This document shows, piece after piece, positions 43,213-52,673 of a DNA stretch of 64,000 bases (position 1 is the stretch's first letter; every line of letters starts with the position of its first letter). Under the pieces are notes generated by a model, which did no database searches, had not been told where the DNA came from, and saw nothing but the letters and a program-made list of their open reading frames with translations. Position numbers and translations under genes: made by a program. This DNA comes from Chloroflexota bacterium (lineage in GTDB: Bacteria > Chloroflexota > UBA11872 > VXOZ01), in contig JAAXIC010000014.1 of the NCBI GenBank assembly GCA_012270555.1, forward strand, positions 1,200 through 65,199. The letters are read 5' to 3'.

Positions 43213-43785
43213 ATGGAAGGCATCTGGCTGACAACATACCTCTTGCAATGGGCGCTGATGGGTCTGCTCGTCTTCATCGTCATCGGCCTCATGCGCCAGA
43301 TTGGCGAGATGCGCCTGCGGGTCGGGGAAGAGCGTGAGATGGGCCTCGCCGTCGGGGGCACAGCGCCGCTCTTCCAGGGAGAGGGTCTCGATGGGACCGT
43401 AGACCTAGAGACCATGGTGGGTGAACGGTTACTGGTGCTCTTCGTCCATCCCACCTGCCCGCCCTGCAAGGAGTTCTTTAGAAGCCTGAACGGAGAGGCG
43501 GAGCACATAGCAGAACAAGGCGTGAAGATGGTGCTGGTGAGCGGCGGCAGCCAGGAGCAGAACCGCGAGATGGTTGACGAATACAAGCTCACGTGTCCGC
43601 TGGTGATCCAGCAGGAGCACGAGATTGCCGATTTGTACGGCAGTAGCTGGACGCCGTTTGGCTTCGTGGTCGATGCCGACGGCAATATCGCCGGAAAGGG
43701 GGTGGTGAATGATGTGCATGTGCTAGGCGAACTGCTCGCTAAAGATGCGACGGCAGGCAGTTCGCCAAAGCCTGAAAGCACGTGA
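43213..43785 (+). CDS. MauD-like membrane-anchored thioredoxin-fold protein
   Basis: N-terminal TM followed by GLMRQIG (MauD-type LRQ(I/V)G), GL.VG..APLF, FVHPTCPPCK (CxxC), cis-Pro TPF, AGKG.VN; AAGGAG RBS. Confidence 0.85.
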   Translation: MEGIWLTTYLLQWALMGLLVFIVIGLMRQIGEMRLRVGEEREMGLAVGGTAPLFQGEGLDGTVDLETMVGERLLVLFVHPTCPPCKEFFRSLNGEAEHIAEQGVKMVLVSGGSQEQNREMVDEYKLTCPLVIQQEHEIADLYGSSWTPFGFVVDADGNIAGKGVVNDVHVLGELLAKDATAGSSPKPEST

Positions 43786-43867
43786 CGGTCGCACACGTCG
43801 TGTGACATTATCACGCCCAATAGTCGCATCACAGACGCAATGCATGCAACGCATGGGAGGTAAACCC

Positions 43868-44191
43868 ATGGATAAGCTGATCGAAGACGCAAGTGTCAGC
43901 CTTGCAAAGGCCGGCATGGACCGTCGCGGCTTCCTGGGCAAGCTGGCGCTGGCGGCGACAGGCGCCGGGGCGCTCTCCGTTCTCTTTGCCTCAGGCGTGA
44001 GCGCCGATCACTGTAGCGGGAGTCACTTCTGTGAGACCAGCCGGAGTATCATAAGCTACTGTGGCGGTTCGTGCTCGTATAACAAGAAAACAAAGGAGCT
44101 TAGGCAAGAAGGCAAGGATTGCTATACCGGTGCGTCATGCCCCGCGCTGTACAGCTTCTACGGCTGTGGAAGCAGCGGTAGCTGTCCGTAA
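43868..44191 (+). CDS. Tat-exported cysteine-rich peptide precursor (107 aa; about 61-aa mature part with 8 Cys)
   Basis: GGGAGG RBS before ATG 43868; DRRGFLGK twin-Arg motif, hydrophobic stretch, VSA|DH cleavage site. Confidence 0.8.
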   Translation: MDKLIEDASVSLAKAGMDRRGFLGKLALAATGAGALSVLFASGVSADHCSGSHFCETSRSIISYCGGSCSYNKKTKELRQEGKDCYTGASCPALYSFYGCGSSGSCP

Positions 44192-44361
44192 CGGCGCTGA
44201 TTGTTGGCTCCGCCTGCGCTCTACGGCGAACGCAGGCGAACCGGGTCAGCGCAGAGGCCTGATGGAGGGATTGTACCCTCCATCAGGCGCACTGTCGTAG
44301 CTTGACCGGTGTGAGCGACCGCAGAGCATAGGCACACGTACCGTACAAGGAGGAATGAACT

Positions 44362-45681
44362 GTGATTTCCCGTCGCGCGCTTGTGGCAAGCACGGCAGTC
44401 CTCGCGGCCGGCTGTAGCATGTCACGCCTACCTTTCCCGGTGCCGGGTCTTGCAAAGAAAGCGGAACTCACCTGGGTATCCCAAAGCAATCAACTAGGCC
44501 TCAATCTGCCATGGGGGGTGAGTGGTGAGGAACTGCTGCATCGCGCGCTGGTAGCGCTTGAGGAGGATACAGAGAATCCTTACGGCCCCGCGCAAGGCGG
44601 CTATAACATCACTTTGCGACACCTGGTACCCACAGACGACGGGCAAACCAAGGACGAGTTTGCTGCCCAGATCCGCGAACTCAAGGCAGACCTCGTTACT
44701 GTGTCGCTCGGCGAGGCGGTGGCGTTGGGAGAGAGGGGGGTGTTGCTGCCCTTGGAGCAGTTTAGCAACCTCGATGGCGGCGAAATTCATCGCGCCTACT
44801 TCCCCAGTCTGCTTGAGCAGTTTAGCGATCAAGGCGCCCTCTACGCCTTGCCGGTGGACGCGGGACCGCTGATGCTCTACTACGACTCCGACTACTTTGA
44901 ATTGGAGCAGGTACCGCCGGTGGACAGTAGCTGGGATTGGAACGACCTGGTAGAGAACGCGGTGAAACTGACGAGGCGCAGAGATGATGGCACGCTGCTG
45001 CGCTGGGGATTGGCGCCGCACCTGTTTGGCATCTGGTGGGCCCTCTGGCAGAACGAGGCAGAGGTGGTTGACTCGGATACCTTGCGGTGCCGCTTGCAGG
45101 AACCGGCCGCCACCCAAGCCTTGCAGTTCTTCTCAGACTTGATCCATTCCCATCGCGTCACCCCACCGTTACACAGAGAGATTTGGGATCTGATTCGTGG
45201 GTCAGTGGGTTCTCCACCGGTGGGGATTCCCCCGGCGATGGTGTATAGTGTTCCCCCTCTGGGACCGCAGAGCAGACACTACCATCTGGCAGAGTTGCCC
45301 AGGGGCAAGACGCAGAGCGTACCGGTTAATCCCAGCATCGGCATCGCCATTGCCGCGCAGACCGAGAGTGCAGAAACGGCCTATCTGGCGCTCAAAGGCC
45401 TGGTGGATATCATGCAACAATTCGCCATCGTGCCTGCGGGAAGGGAAGCGGCCGCCAACCTCGGTGAGATTCGGTCCGACCTCCACCCGGAAGAGATTGG
45501 GGCGATACAGCGGTCACTAGAAGCCGGACGCGGACTGCCGTGGCATACGCTCGCCGCAATGCATGCTATGGACACTGCAGTGGGTGATCTGGTGCGCGGT
45601 GACGACGTAGCCACCGTGGTCAACCATGCATGCTCACTCGCGCGTGAATACCAGCAAACCGGCGGGCAGACTCGCGAGTGA
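44362..45681 (+). CDS. Extracellular solute-binding lipoprotein (family 1-like, divergent)
   Basis: SRRALV..LAAGC lipobox; ALYALP..LMLYYD..F, WDW. Confidence 0.75.
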   Translation: MISRRALVASTAVLAAGCSMSRLPFPVPGLAKKAELTWVSQSNQLGLNLPWGVSGEELLHRALVALEEDTENPYGPAQGGYNITLRHLVPTDDGQTKDEFAAQIRELKADLVTVSLGEAVALGERGVLLPLEQFSNLDGGEIHRAYFPSLLEQFSDQGALYALPVDAGPLMLYYDSDYFELEQVPPVDSSWDWNDLVENAVKLTRRRDDGTLLRWGLAPHLFGIWWALWQNEAEVVDSDTLRCRLQEPAATQALQFFSDLIHSHRVTPPLHREIWDLIRGSVGSPPVGIPPAMVYSVPPLGPQSRHYHLAELPRGKTQSVPVNPSIGIAIAAQTESAETAYLALKGLVDIMQQFAIVPAGREAAANLGEIRSDLHPEEIGAIQRSLEAGRGLPWHTLAAMHAMDTAVGDLVRGDDVATVVNHACSLAREYQQTGGQTRE

Positions 45682-45959
45682 GCGGTATGCCCTCTATCAT
45701 GCTCCATACGAACGCACGCCGTTCTCGCTCAGCAGTCTTAGTGCGGGGCTAGTCCTCCCGCTTGCTGGCGCAAGCAGTGGGCCGCTAAACCCCTCAGTCA
45801 TTGCGGTCAACCAAGCCTGCTCCGTCCTCTATGAAAACCGGTGACACGCTACTGACTTTGCCCCCACACGGCGGGGCACTCTGCTCTTTCAAGCAAGAAG
45901 AGCACTTTTCGGGCAAAGCGGCAAGATTCGTCCGTCATAAGCATGGAAGGAGCGAGACG

Positions 45960-47261
45960 ATGCTCTCACGCCGAACGCTGATAGGCAGCACCGCTGTACT
46001 CGCGGCTGGCTGCGGCGGGCTGGATCTTCCGTTCCCTGAATTTGGCACCCCAAAGATTACTCCATTGACTTGGGTCTCGCGCCCGGTCCCCAATCTCAAC
46101 ACCGGGCCAGGCATGACGTCCTTTCTGCAGCAACTCCAACGGGTAGAGCGAAGTCTGTCAGAAGACACGGAAAGCCCCATTGGCCCCACGCGCGGACGGT
46201 ACAGCCTCACTCTGGAATACTATGAGACCTATGCGGGCAGCTATTCGGATCCTGAGTCGCCACACTTTCTCAGTCCAAAGCACTTGGCGGAGTGGCTGAA
46301 AGAAGTCGATGCTGACCTTATAACGCTGTGGAGTGACGAGGTGCGTGCACTGGAGAATCATGGCGTGCTACTGCCCTTGGACCAATTCGGTGGCGCAAAT
46401 GGTGAGGATTTCGAGCGCGAGTTCTTCGCGCCAGTACTTGAGCCGTATCGCGAGAGCGGCGCGCTCTATGCCTTACCATTGAACGCGTTTCCCTTGATGC
46501 TCTACTACGATGCCGACTACTTTGCACAAGTAGGAGTAACGCCGCCGGATAGGAGTTGGGATTGGGATGTCTTGGTGGAAAATGCGCTCAAACTAACTGA
46601 GCGGGGCGACGACGGTACGGTTGAACGCTGGGGATTGGAATCTCTCGGAGAGGCAATCTGGTGGGCGCTCTGGCAGAACGAAGCGGAGATGGCTGATGTG
46701 CTAACGTCACAGTGCCGGCTGCAGGAACCTCCGGCTCTTGAAGCCATTGAGTTCGTCCGGGGATTGATTCATTCTCACCGCGTTTCACCTCCGGCTCTTG
46801 GTGCTGACCGATTCGAATTGCTTTACAATTCGCCGCGCCCACCAGCGATGGTGTACAGTACTTTCCCGCTTGACTTGATACACTTCAACTATCGATGTGC
46901 TGTCCTACCCATGGGCAAGGTGCGTAGTATTCCTGTCGAAACATACCCGGGGATCGCAATTGTGGCAGAAACAGCCGCGCCGGAAGCAGCCTATGCGGCC
47001 CTTAGGGGTCTGGTGCGCTCTTTCCAACAATTTGCGAACGTACCAGTGGAGAAAGAGGCCATGGGGCGGATAGGTAGAATTCGGAGAGATTTGCGGCCGG
47101 AGGAGGTCGCGGCGATGCAGCAATCAATGGAGCTCGGACGGCTGTTGCCGGAGAGTGAGACCCAGCGAACTGCCATGCGTAGCATTCTGGATGCACTGGT
47201 GCGCGGCGACGACGTAGCGGCAGTGGTCAACCAAGGATGTACCGCTCTTTATGGAGCCTAG
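45960..47261 (+). CDS. Extracellular solute-binding lipoprotein, paralog of 44362-45681
   Basis: SRRTLI..LAAGC; shares IWWALWQNEAE, CRLQEP and LVRGDDVA.VVN with the upstream paralog. Confidence 0.75.
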   Translation: MLSRRTLIGSTAVLAAGCGGLDLPFPEFGTPKITPLTWVSRPVPNLNTGPGMTSFLQQLQRVERSLSEDTESPIGPTRGRYSLTLEYYETYAGSYSDPESPHFLSPKHLAEWLKEVDADLITLWSDEVRALENHGVLLPLDQFGGANGEDFEREFFAPVLEPYRESGALYALPLNAFPLMLYYDADYFAQVGVTPPDRSWDWDVLVENALKLTERGDDGTVERWGLESLGEAIWWALWQNEAEMADVLTSQCRLQEPPALEAIEFVRGLIHSHRVSPPALGADRFELLYNSPRPPAMVYSTFPLDLIHFNYRCAVLPMGKVRSIPVETYPGIAIVAETAAPEAAYAALRGLVRSFQQFANVPVEKEAMGRIGRIRRDLRPEEVAAMQQSMELGRLLPESETQRTAMRSILDALVRGDDVAAVVNQGCTALYGA

Positions 47262-47431
47262 CGGAAGTAGAATCTTGCCCGCGCTTGCAATTACGGTATT
47301 CACGACAACCGTGCAGCACTTGACCCCAAGAGACGGATTCCGGATTGCGCGGGATTGACGGATACGATTCACACCGGTCAACGCGAGCCCATAGAACCAT
47401 GCAGACGCTCACCAGCAATAGCTAGGACTCG

Positions 47432-48610
47432 CTACGGCCTGAACTCGCGGGCGATTTGGGCGTAGACGTCGGCGCTTTGGACGACTTCGGTGAGATCGAC
47501 GCGTTCGTGGTCGGTGTGGGCGTAGCCGATGTCGCCGGGGCCGTAGACGATGCAAGGCACATCTTGCTTGACTTGCAGCTTGCTGGCGTCGGTGCCGTAG
47601 GTGACGCCCTGCGGTTCGGGCGCGAGATTGTGTGCCTGGAGCGCGCGCATGGCGGCTTGGACGATTTCCTCATCTGCCGCCGTATCCAACGGCCAGTCCG
47701 CGAGATCGCGCGAGGCCACGCTGGGGTGCAGATCGTGCTTGGTCGCAGCGAGTTCCTGCATAGCTTCTTCAAACTCTTGCACTGCGCCCTCAGAGGTTTC
47801 GCCCGGAATGATGCGCCGATCGACTACTATCTCGCAGGTCTCCGGTATGACGTTGGCGGCGTGACCGCCGTGGATGATGCCGATGGCCCACGTGGGATAG
47901 CCCACCAGCGGGTGCGAGCGCGCCGCAAAGCGTGGGTCCAAGGTGTTCCGCAGGTGCTGGATGACCTCGACCATCTGGTAGATGGCGTTGTTGCCCTTGT
48001 GGGGCTGGCTGCTGTGCGCCGGACGGCCCTTGGTCTGTAGCGTGAAACGCACCGCGCCCTTGGTGGCGGTCACCAGGCGCAGCTCGGTTGGTTCGCCAAT
48101 CACTGCTGCAGTTACCTGGATTCCTTGCTTGATGAAGCCCTCGATACCGCGAAAGCGGTACTCTTCATCAACCACACCTAGCAGTCCGATGTCTACCGCA
48201 AGCTGCTCGGGCTGCTTTATCAATTCACGCAGCGCCAGAATCATGCCGGTCAGGCAGCCTTTGGCATCGCAGGAGCCGCGCCCGTGCAGCGTGGTGCCCT
48301 CCACTCGCGGCTCTAGGGCCTCCGAACCCCACGTGTCGATGCCAACCGTATCCATGTGGCACTCGAAGAGCAGCATTCCCTTGGAGTTGGGCACGTGCAG
48401 GCGGCCGAAGACGTTCGGGCGGCCCGGCAGCACTTCGTGTTGCTGCGTCTCCATGCCGAGGTCCCGCAACTGGGATTCCACGAAACCGGCCATCCCAGCC
48501 TCGCCGCCGGAGCCGTCGGCCATAAAGGCCGGATTCATGCTGGGAATGCCTACAAGTGAGGAGAGTAACTCCGCCGATTCTTGGATACGAGTCTCGTCGA
48601 CAACGCTCAT
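47432..48610 (-). CDS. M20 family metallopeptidase/deacylase (ArgE/DapE-like)
   Basis: HMDTV, GRGSCDAKG, DEE, GEPT, AHSS, GTDA, GPG..AH..E. Confidence 0.9.
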   Translation of the reverse strand: MSVVDETRIQESAELLSSLVGIPSMNPAFMADGSGGEAGMAGFVESQLRDLGMETQQHEVLPGRPNVFGRLHVPNSKGMLLFECHMDTVGIDTWGSEALEPRVEGTTLHGRGSCDAKGCLTGMILALRELIKQPEQLAVDIGLLGVVDEEYRFRGIEGFIKQGIQVTAAVIGEPTELRLVTATKGAVRFTLQTKGRPAHSSQPHKGNNAIYQMVEVIQHLRNTLDPRFAARSHPLVGYPTWAIGIIHGGHAANVIPETCEIVVDRRIIPGETSEGAVQEFEEAMQELAATKHDLHPSVASRDLADWPLDTAADEEIVQAAMRALQAHNLAPEPQGVTYGTDASKLQVKQDVPCIVYGPGDIGYAHTDHERVDLTEVVQSADVYAQIAREFRP

Positions 48611-48874
48611 AAGAGTCCTATAATCCTATCGATTTACGCTGCGTTTTGTGCCACATCTCGCTCCATAGTAGCAGATTCGCTTGGGGCGAGAATGTCCCAA
48701 GACCCCGGCAAGCGACTGCGGCAGAAGTGACGGTTGGCTGAGTTCCGTAGGATAGAGGATTATCGGGGCCACGCACTGTTGAGCATAGGTGGGTGGCTTG
48801 CAACGCAACGGAACAAATGCGGAAAACCCTCGACTACCTGCTGTAATAACACAGCCGACCTGTAGTCGTGGTTT

Positions 48875-50500
48875 CTAGTGCTCGCCGCGGGCTTCCAGAG
48901 TGATGAGATCCAGCACGTCCTGGCTGGTTACCGTGCCCAGAAACTGTTCCGACTCTCGGTCCAAGACCGGGATAATCGTCAGCCCGTTCTCCGTCATCCG
49001 TTGCAGCACGTCTTCCGCCGGCTCATCGGGCCACGCGTGCGGCGGTGTCGTGCGGCGCACCACGCTATCCAACTGCGTCTCAGACCATCTCTCCTTGGGC
49101 AAGTAGCGCAACATGCTCAATGAGACAATGCCGGAGAGACTGCCATTATTGACAATTACGTAGTCTTGCTGGTGGGGCAGTATCCATTGATCGACGAAGT
49201 GGCGGACCGACAGTGCGGCGCTAGGATAGGCGCGCGTGCGGTCAAGTATGTCGTCCACGGTAATATCATCCAGAGCGAATTGAGCCAGCGAAGCCGGCAA
49301 AGAGTCAGGCAGTGTTGCCGGCTCTTTCGGTCTGGCGTGGTCGATGGCAAAGTTGATAACCCAGGGACCGAAGAGGATATAGGCGAACATAATCAGTACG
49401 AGCAACGAGAAGATATCATCCCCAATGATGCCGGTCTCCAGCATCACCAGGAGCAGGGCGACTTCCGCCACTCCCTTGGCCATGAGCCCTGTGGCCAGGG
49501 CAAAGGGCATCTCCAACCGGGACACGAAGGCGCCGATGAGAGAGCCGGCAAACTTGCCCAAGAGCGGAATTGTCACCAGCGCCGCTATCGTCCCTATTGG
49601 CAGTTCGGTGAACGAAAGGCTGAGGTGCAGCCCCGCCGAGGCGAAGAAGAGCGGCACAAAGAGCCCTTCGGCGGTGCTGCGCATGCCGGGCACGATATCG
49701 CGACGCAATTGATAGGGGAGTCCTGAGAGCGCGGCGCCAAAGAGCAGCGCTCCCAGCGAGCCGTGCGTCCCTACGGCTTCCGAGATCCCGACGACTACAA
49801 ATAGCCCACCAATGAGTATGCCAAAGGAAAGCTGCGGTACGCGTATTGTGCGTTGCAGTATCACAATCAGCGGCGGCACGACGTATCTGGAGAGGATCCA
49901 CGTCACCAGGGTAAAGCCGACAATCTTCGCCAGTAGGATGAGCACGCTCGGCACGTTGAATTCGGGCACGTGCTCGCCGATGGTGAAGCCTATGAGCAAC
50001 AGGGCAAGCAACTCGGCAATGAGTACGGTGACGAAAATCTGGATGCCGATGGGTTTGCGGAGATGGCCTTCGTCGGCCAGAACCTTGCTGGCCAGCCCGA
50101 GGCTGGAGAGCGAGAGGATGCCTGACAAAGCAAGCGCTTCGGTAAAGTCGAGGCCTAGCCCAAAGTCATAGAAAATATCGGAGGTTACGGTTAGAGCCAA
50201 GAGGAGGGAGATAATTACCGAAAGAGTCGCCGCCACGAAAAATCTTCCGCGTATCGTGGCGATGAAGCCGGAAATGTCGATCTCATCTAAACCGATGAGA
50301 AAGAAGAAGAGGAAAATTCCGAGGCCAAGGATGATATCTAGTTCATCTGTGGGTTCGATAAAGCCGAAGACAGGACCCAGCGCCACCCCCGCTGCTGTAT
50401 AGGCCACGATCGCATTCAGCCGGAAGCGCCGGAAGACGCCTTCCAAGAGCTTGGCGACTACGATGAGCAGTCCGATAGAGAGGAGTACTTCAAAGTGCAT
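48875..50500 (-). CDS. Cation:proton antiporter (CPA2-like) with a C-terminal CBS pair
   Basis: Multiple TM segments, FVPLFFASAG; C-terminal CBS-like IIPVLD..GTVT..D. Confidence 0.85.
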   Translation of the reverse strand: MHFEVLLSIGLLIVVAKLLEGVFRRFRLNAIVAYTAAGVALGPVFGFIEPTDELDIILGLGIFLFFFLIGLDEIDISGFIATIRGRFFVAATLSVIISLLLALTVTSDIFYDFGLGLDFTEALALSGILSLSSLGLASKVLADEGHLRKPIGIQIFVTVLIAELLALLLIGFTIGEHVPEFNVPSVLILLAKIVGFTLVTWILSRYVVPPLIVILQRTIRVPQLSFGILIGGLFVVVGISEAVGTHGSLGALLFGAALSGLPYQLRRDIVPGMRSTAEGLFVPLFFASAGLHLSLSFTELPIGTIAALVTIPLLGKFAGSLIGAFVSRLEMPFALATGLMAKGVAEVALLLVMLETGIIGDDIFSLLVLIMFAYILFGPWVINFAIDHARPKEPATLPDSLPASLAQFALDDITVDDILDRTRAYPSAALSVRHFVDQWILPHQQDYVIVNNGSLSGIVSLSMLRYLPKERWSETQLDSVVRRTTPPHAWPDEPAEDVLQRMTENGLTIIPVLDRESEQFLGTVTSQDVLDLITLEARGEH

Positions 50501-50731
50501 CGTAGGTAGGTTTATTGTTGCTGCTCGTTTTTCCAGCAACATGGTACTACAAATGCGTGTGAAGGGCATGTAGGTCTGATCGAAGGGGTTGGTTTCACAG
50601 AGGAAGAAATGAGCCGGTTCGCGTGAGGCCGCGAAGTCCGGGAGCGATTGCGCTACAATGGAGCGCAAATGCGGAGCGCGATGCGCTTGCGTCAGTTGGA
50701 ACATCTAGGGTCACATTTAGGACGAGGATAG

Positions 50732-51784
50732 GTGGGTCCGGTGGAAGCTCGTCAACAGAGTCTAAGGGTGGGAGTAGTAGGCCTTGGCGTGGGCCGGAGA
50801 TTCGTCGAGGCGTTCGCCGCGCATCCTCACGCGACGGTGCTTGCCATCTGCGGGAAAGAGCCGGATGTGCTCGCGGCGGTTAGTCAAGAGCATGGAGTTC
50901 CGCGCTGTTACGCGGACTTCGCCGAAATTGTGGCCGACCCTGATGTTGAGCTATTGGTGGTTGCGACACCTCACGCCATGCACGCTTCCATGGCGGTGCA
51001 GGCTTTGCGCGCAGGTAAACACGTTATCGTGGAAAAGCCAATGTGCATCTCGCTTCAAGAGTGCGAGGCGATGATTCGCGCGGTGGAGGATTCCGGCAAG
51101 CTGCTGGCGGTTGATCAAGTGTTGCGATTCTACCCCTACTACCAGTCAATCAAGGAGCACATTGCTGGAGGCGGCTTGGGGGACATCTACTATGCCGAGG
51201 CCGATTACCTGCACAACACCACCCGGCTCATCCGCGAGCGCACCGTGTGGCGTGGTTCGGCCGAACACTCGCATTACCCGATCCTGGGCGGTGGTTCGCA
51301 TTCGCTGGATATGTTGCGCTGGCTCGTGGGTGAGGTCGACCGGGTACACTGCGAGGCATCGCGGCGGGCAATGCCGGACTTTCCCTTCCCGGACTGCATG
51401 ATAGCTACTTTGCACTTTGCGAACGGCGCCGTGGGGAAGTGTACTACCTCGTACGGCCTGGTGCGGGAGACGATGCACAACTTGGTGCTCTTTGGCACGA
51501 ATGGCACGATTGAGCGCGCGCGGGGCCGGCAAGATCGCGACAAACAGTTTCGCTCTTTAGCAGAGCACGCCTTTGATGAAGAAGCGTGGCCCGTGCCCTT
51601 TCAACCCCCGGGCGGTAAACCGATTGCCGCCGTGGTCGATCACGTGTACCAGTGCGTGGTCGACAACGAAACACCCCTCACCAACGTGTGGGAGGGCGCC
51701 AACACGGTTGCGGTGGCGCTCGCTGCCATTGAAGCTTGGCAGACCGGTAGGCCCGTCCAACCTGCGCAATTCAAGCCGGCATGA
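50732..51784 (+). CDS. Gfo/Idh/MocA family oxidoreductase
   Basis: GVVGLG, GKHVIVEKP, EADYLH, GSHSLD. Confidence 0.9.
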   Translation: MGPVEARQQSLRVGVVGLGVGRRFVEAFAAHPHATVLAICGKEPDVLAAVSQEHGVPRCYADFAEIVADPDVELLVVATPHAMHASMAVQALRAGKHVIVEKPMCISLQECEAMIRAVEDSGKLLAVDQVLRFYPYYQSIKEHIAGGGLGDIYYAEADYLHNTTRLIRERTVWRGSAEHSHYPILGGGSHSLDMLRWLVGEVDRVHCEASRRAMPDFPFPDCMIATLHFANGAVGKCTTSYGLVRETMHNLVLFGTNGTIERARGRQDRDKQFRSLAEHAFDEEAWPVPFQPPGGKPIAAVVDHVYQCVVDNETPLTNVWEGANTVAVALAAIEAWQTGRPVQPAQFKPA

Positions 51785-52656
51785 TCTACGTTGCCGGTCA
51801 AGTCTTCGGTAACTTCGTGTTTGCCATGTCGCTGCGCTGGGCGCGGGGCAGGCAATTCCACTACCTGACCGTAGGCACTATCAACTACGCGGTGGCCGCG
51901 GTGCTGGCGGTCGTCTGGATGCTCTTGAACCGACCACCCGACTTCGATCTGCCGGTTATTCTCTTGGGAGCAATCAACGGGCTGCAGTATCAGATCAGTC
52001 TGGCTGTGCTGTTTACGGTAGTGGAATTTGTCGGAATCGGCATCACGTTTGGCATCATCCGCCTTTCAATCGCTTTGCCAACGCTGGCCTCGATTTTTTT
52101 GTGGGGAGAGCATCCGGCCGCACTCCAGGTGGTCGGTCTCTTGCTCGCGTTCGTCGCGCTCCCACTGCTGGGCGCGGATGCCCATCAGGCGACGCGCACC
52201 AGACCGGGGCGGTCACTGCAAATGTGGGGTGTGTTGATTGTGGTTCTCTTCCTCTCCGGGACAGGCTTCACTGCGGCAAAAGCGTTTTCCGTTTGGAGCA
52301 CGCCGGACTATCAACCACTCTATACGGCTTCGGTGTTCGTTGCCGCTACCGTCGGCGCCGGGTTTGTCTGGCCTCTCCGCAAGCGTTTTCGCTTGCCGGA
52401 CTGGCAGGCAGCTTCACTACGACACAACATCGGCTTGGGCGTGGTTATGGGTGCGGCAAATCTCTTTCAAATTGCCATGCTGCTGCGCGCGCTGGCGGTC
52501 TTGCCCGGCACAGTCGTCTTTCCGCTGGCGGCAACCGTGGGTTTGGCAACGACGTTAGTTGGCGGGATGGTGCTCTTTGGGGAGCGATTTGGGCGCGTTA
52601 CGGCGGTCGGCATCGTCCTTTCGCTCTTTGCCATCGCCTTCATCAACGCGAACTGA
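51781..52656 (+). CDS. EamA/DMT family transporter
   Basis: About 10 TM segments in two repeats; LWGE and LFGE motifs. Confidence 0.75.
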   Translation: MIYVAGQVFGNFVFAMSLRWARGRQFHYLTVGTINYAVAAVLAVVWMLLNRPPDFDLPVILLGAINGLQYQISLAVLFTVVEFVGIGITFGIIRLSIALPTLASIFLWGEHPAALQVVGLLLAFVALPLLGADAHQATRTRPGRSLQMWGVLIVVLFLSGTGFTAAKAFSVWSTPDYQPLYTASVFVAATVGAGFVWPLRKRFRLPDWQAASLRHNIGLGVVMGAANLFQIAMLLRALAVLPGTVVFPLAATVGLATTLVGGMVLFGERFGRVTAVGIVLSLFAIAFINAN

Positions 52657-52673
52657 AAACGAGGAGGTTGGGG

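Noticed and set aside
42459-44191. Bona fide methylamine or aromatic amine dehydrogenase cluster
   Set aside because: The small protein has no Trp, so it cannot form TTQ, and is much shorter than MauA; no mauB or mauG in the window
43868-44191. Radical-SAM, lanthipeptide or MNIO-type RiPP
   Set aside because: No rSAM, Lan, YcaO or DUF692 enzyme nearby; the even Cys count and thioredoxin partner favour disulfides
52101-52673. N-terminal extension of the ADP-ribosylglycohydrolase ORF
   Set aside because: Overlaps the EamA gene in another frame; a strong RBS supports the start at 52674
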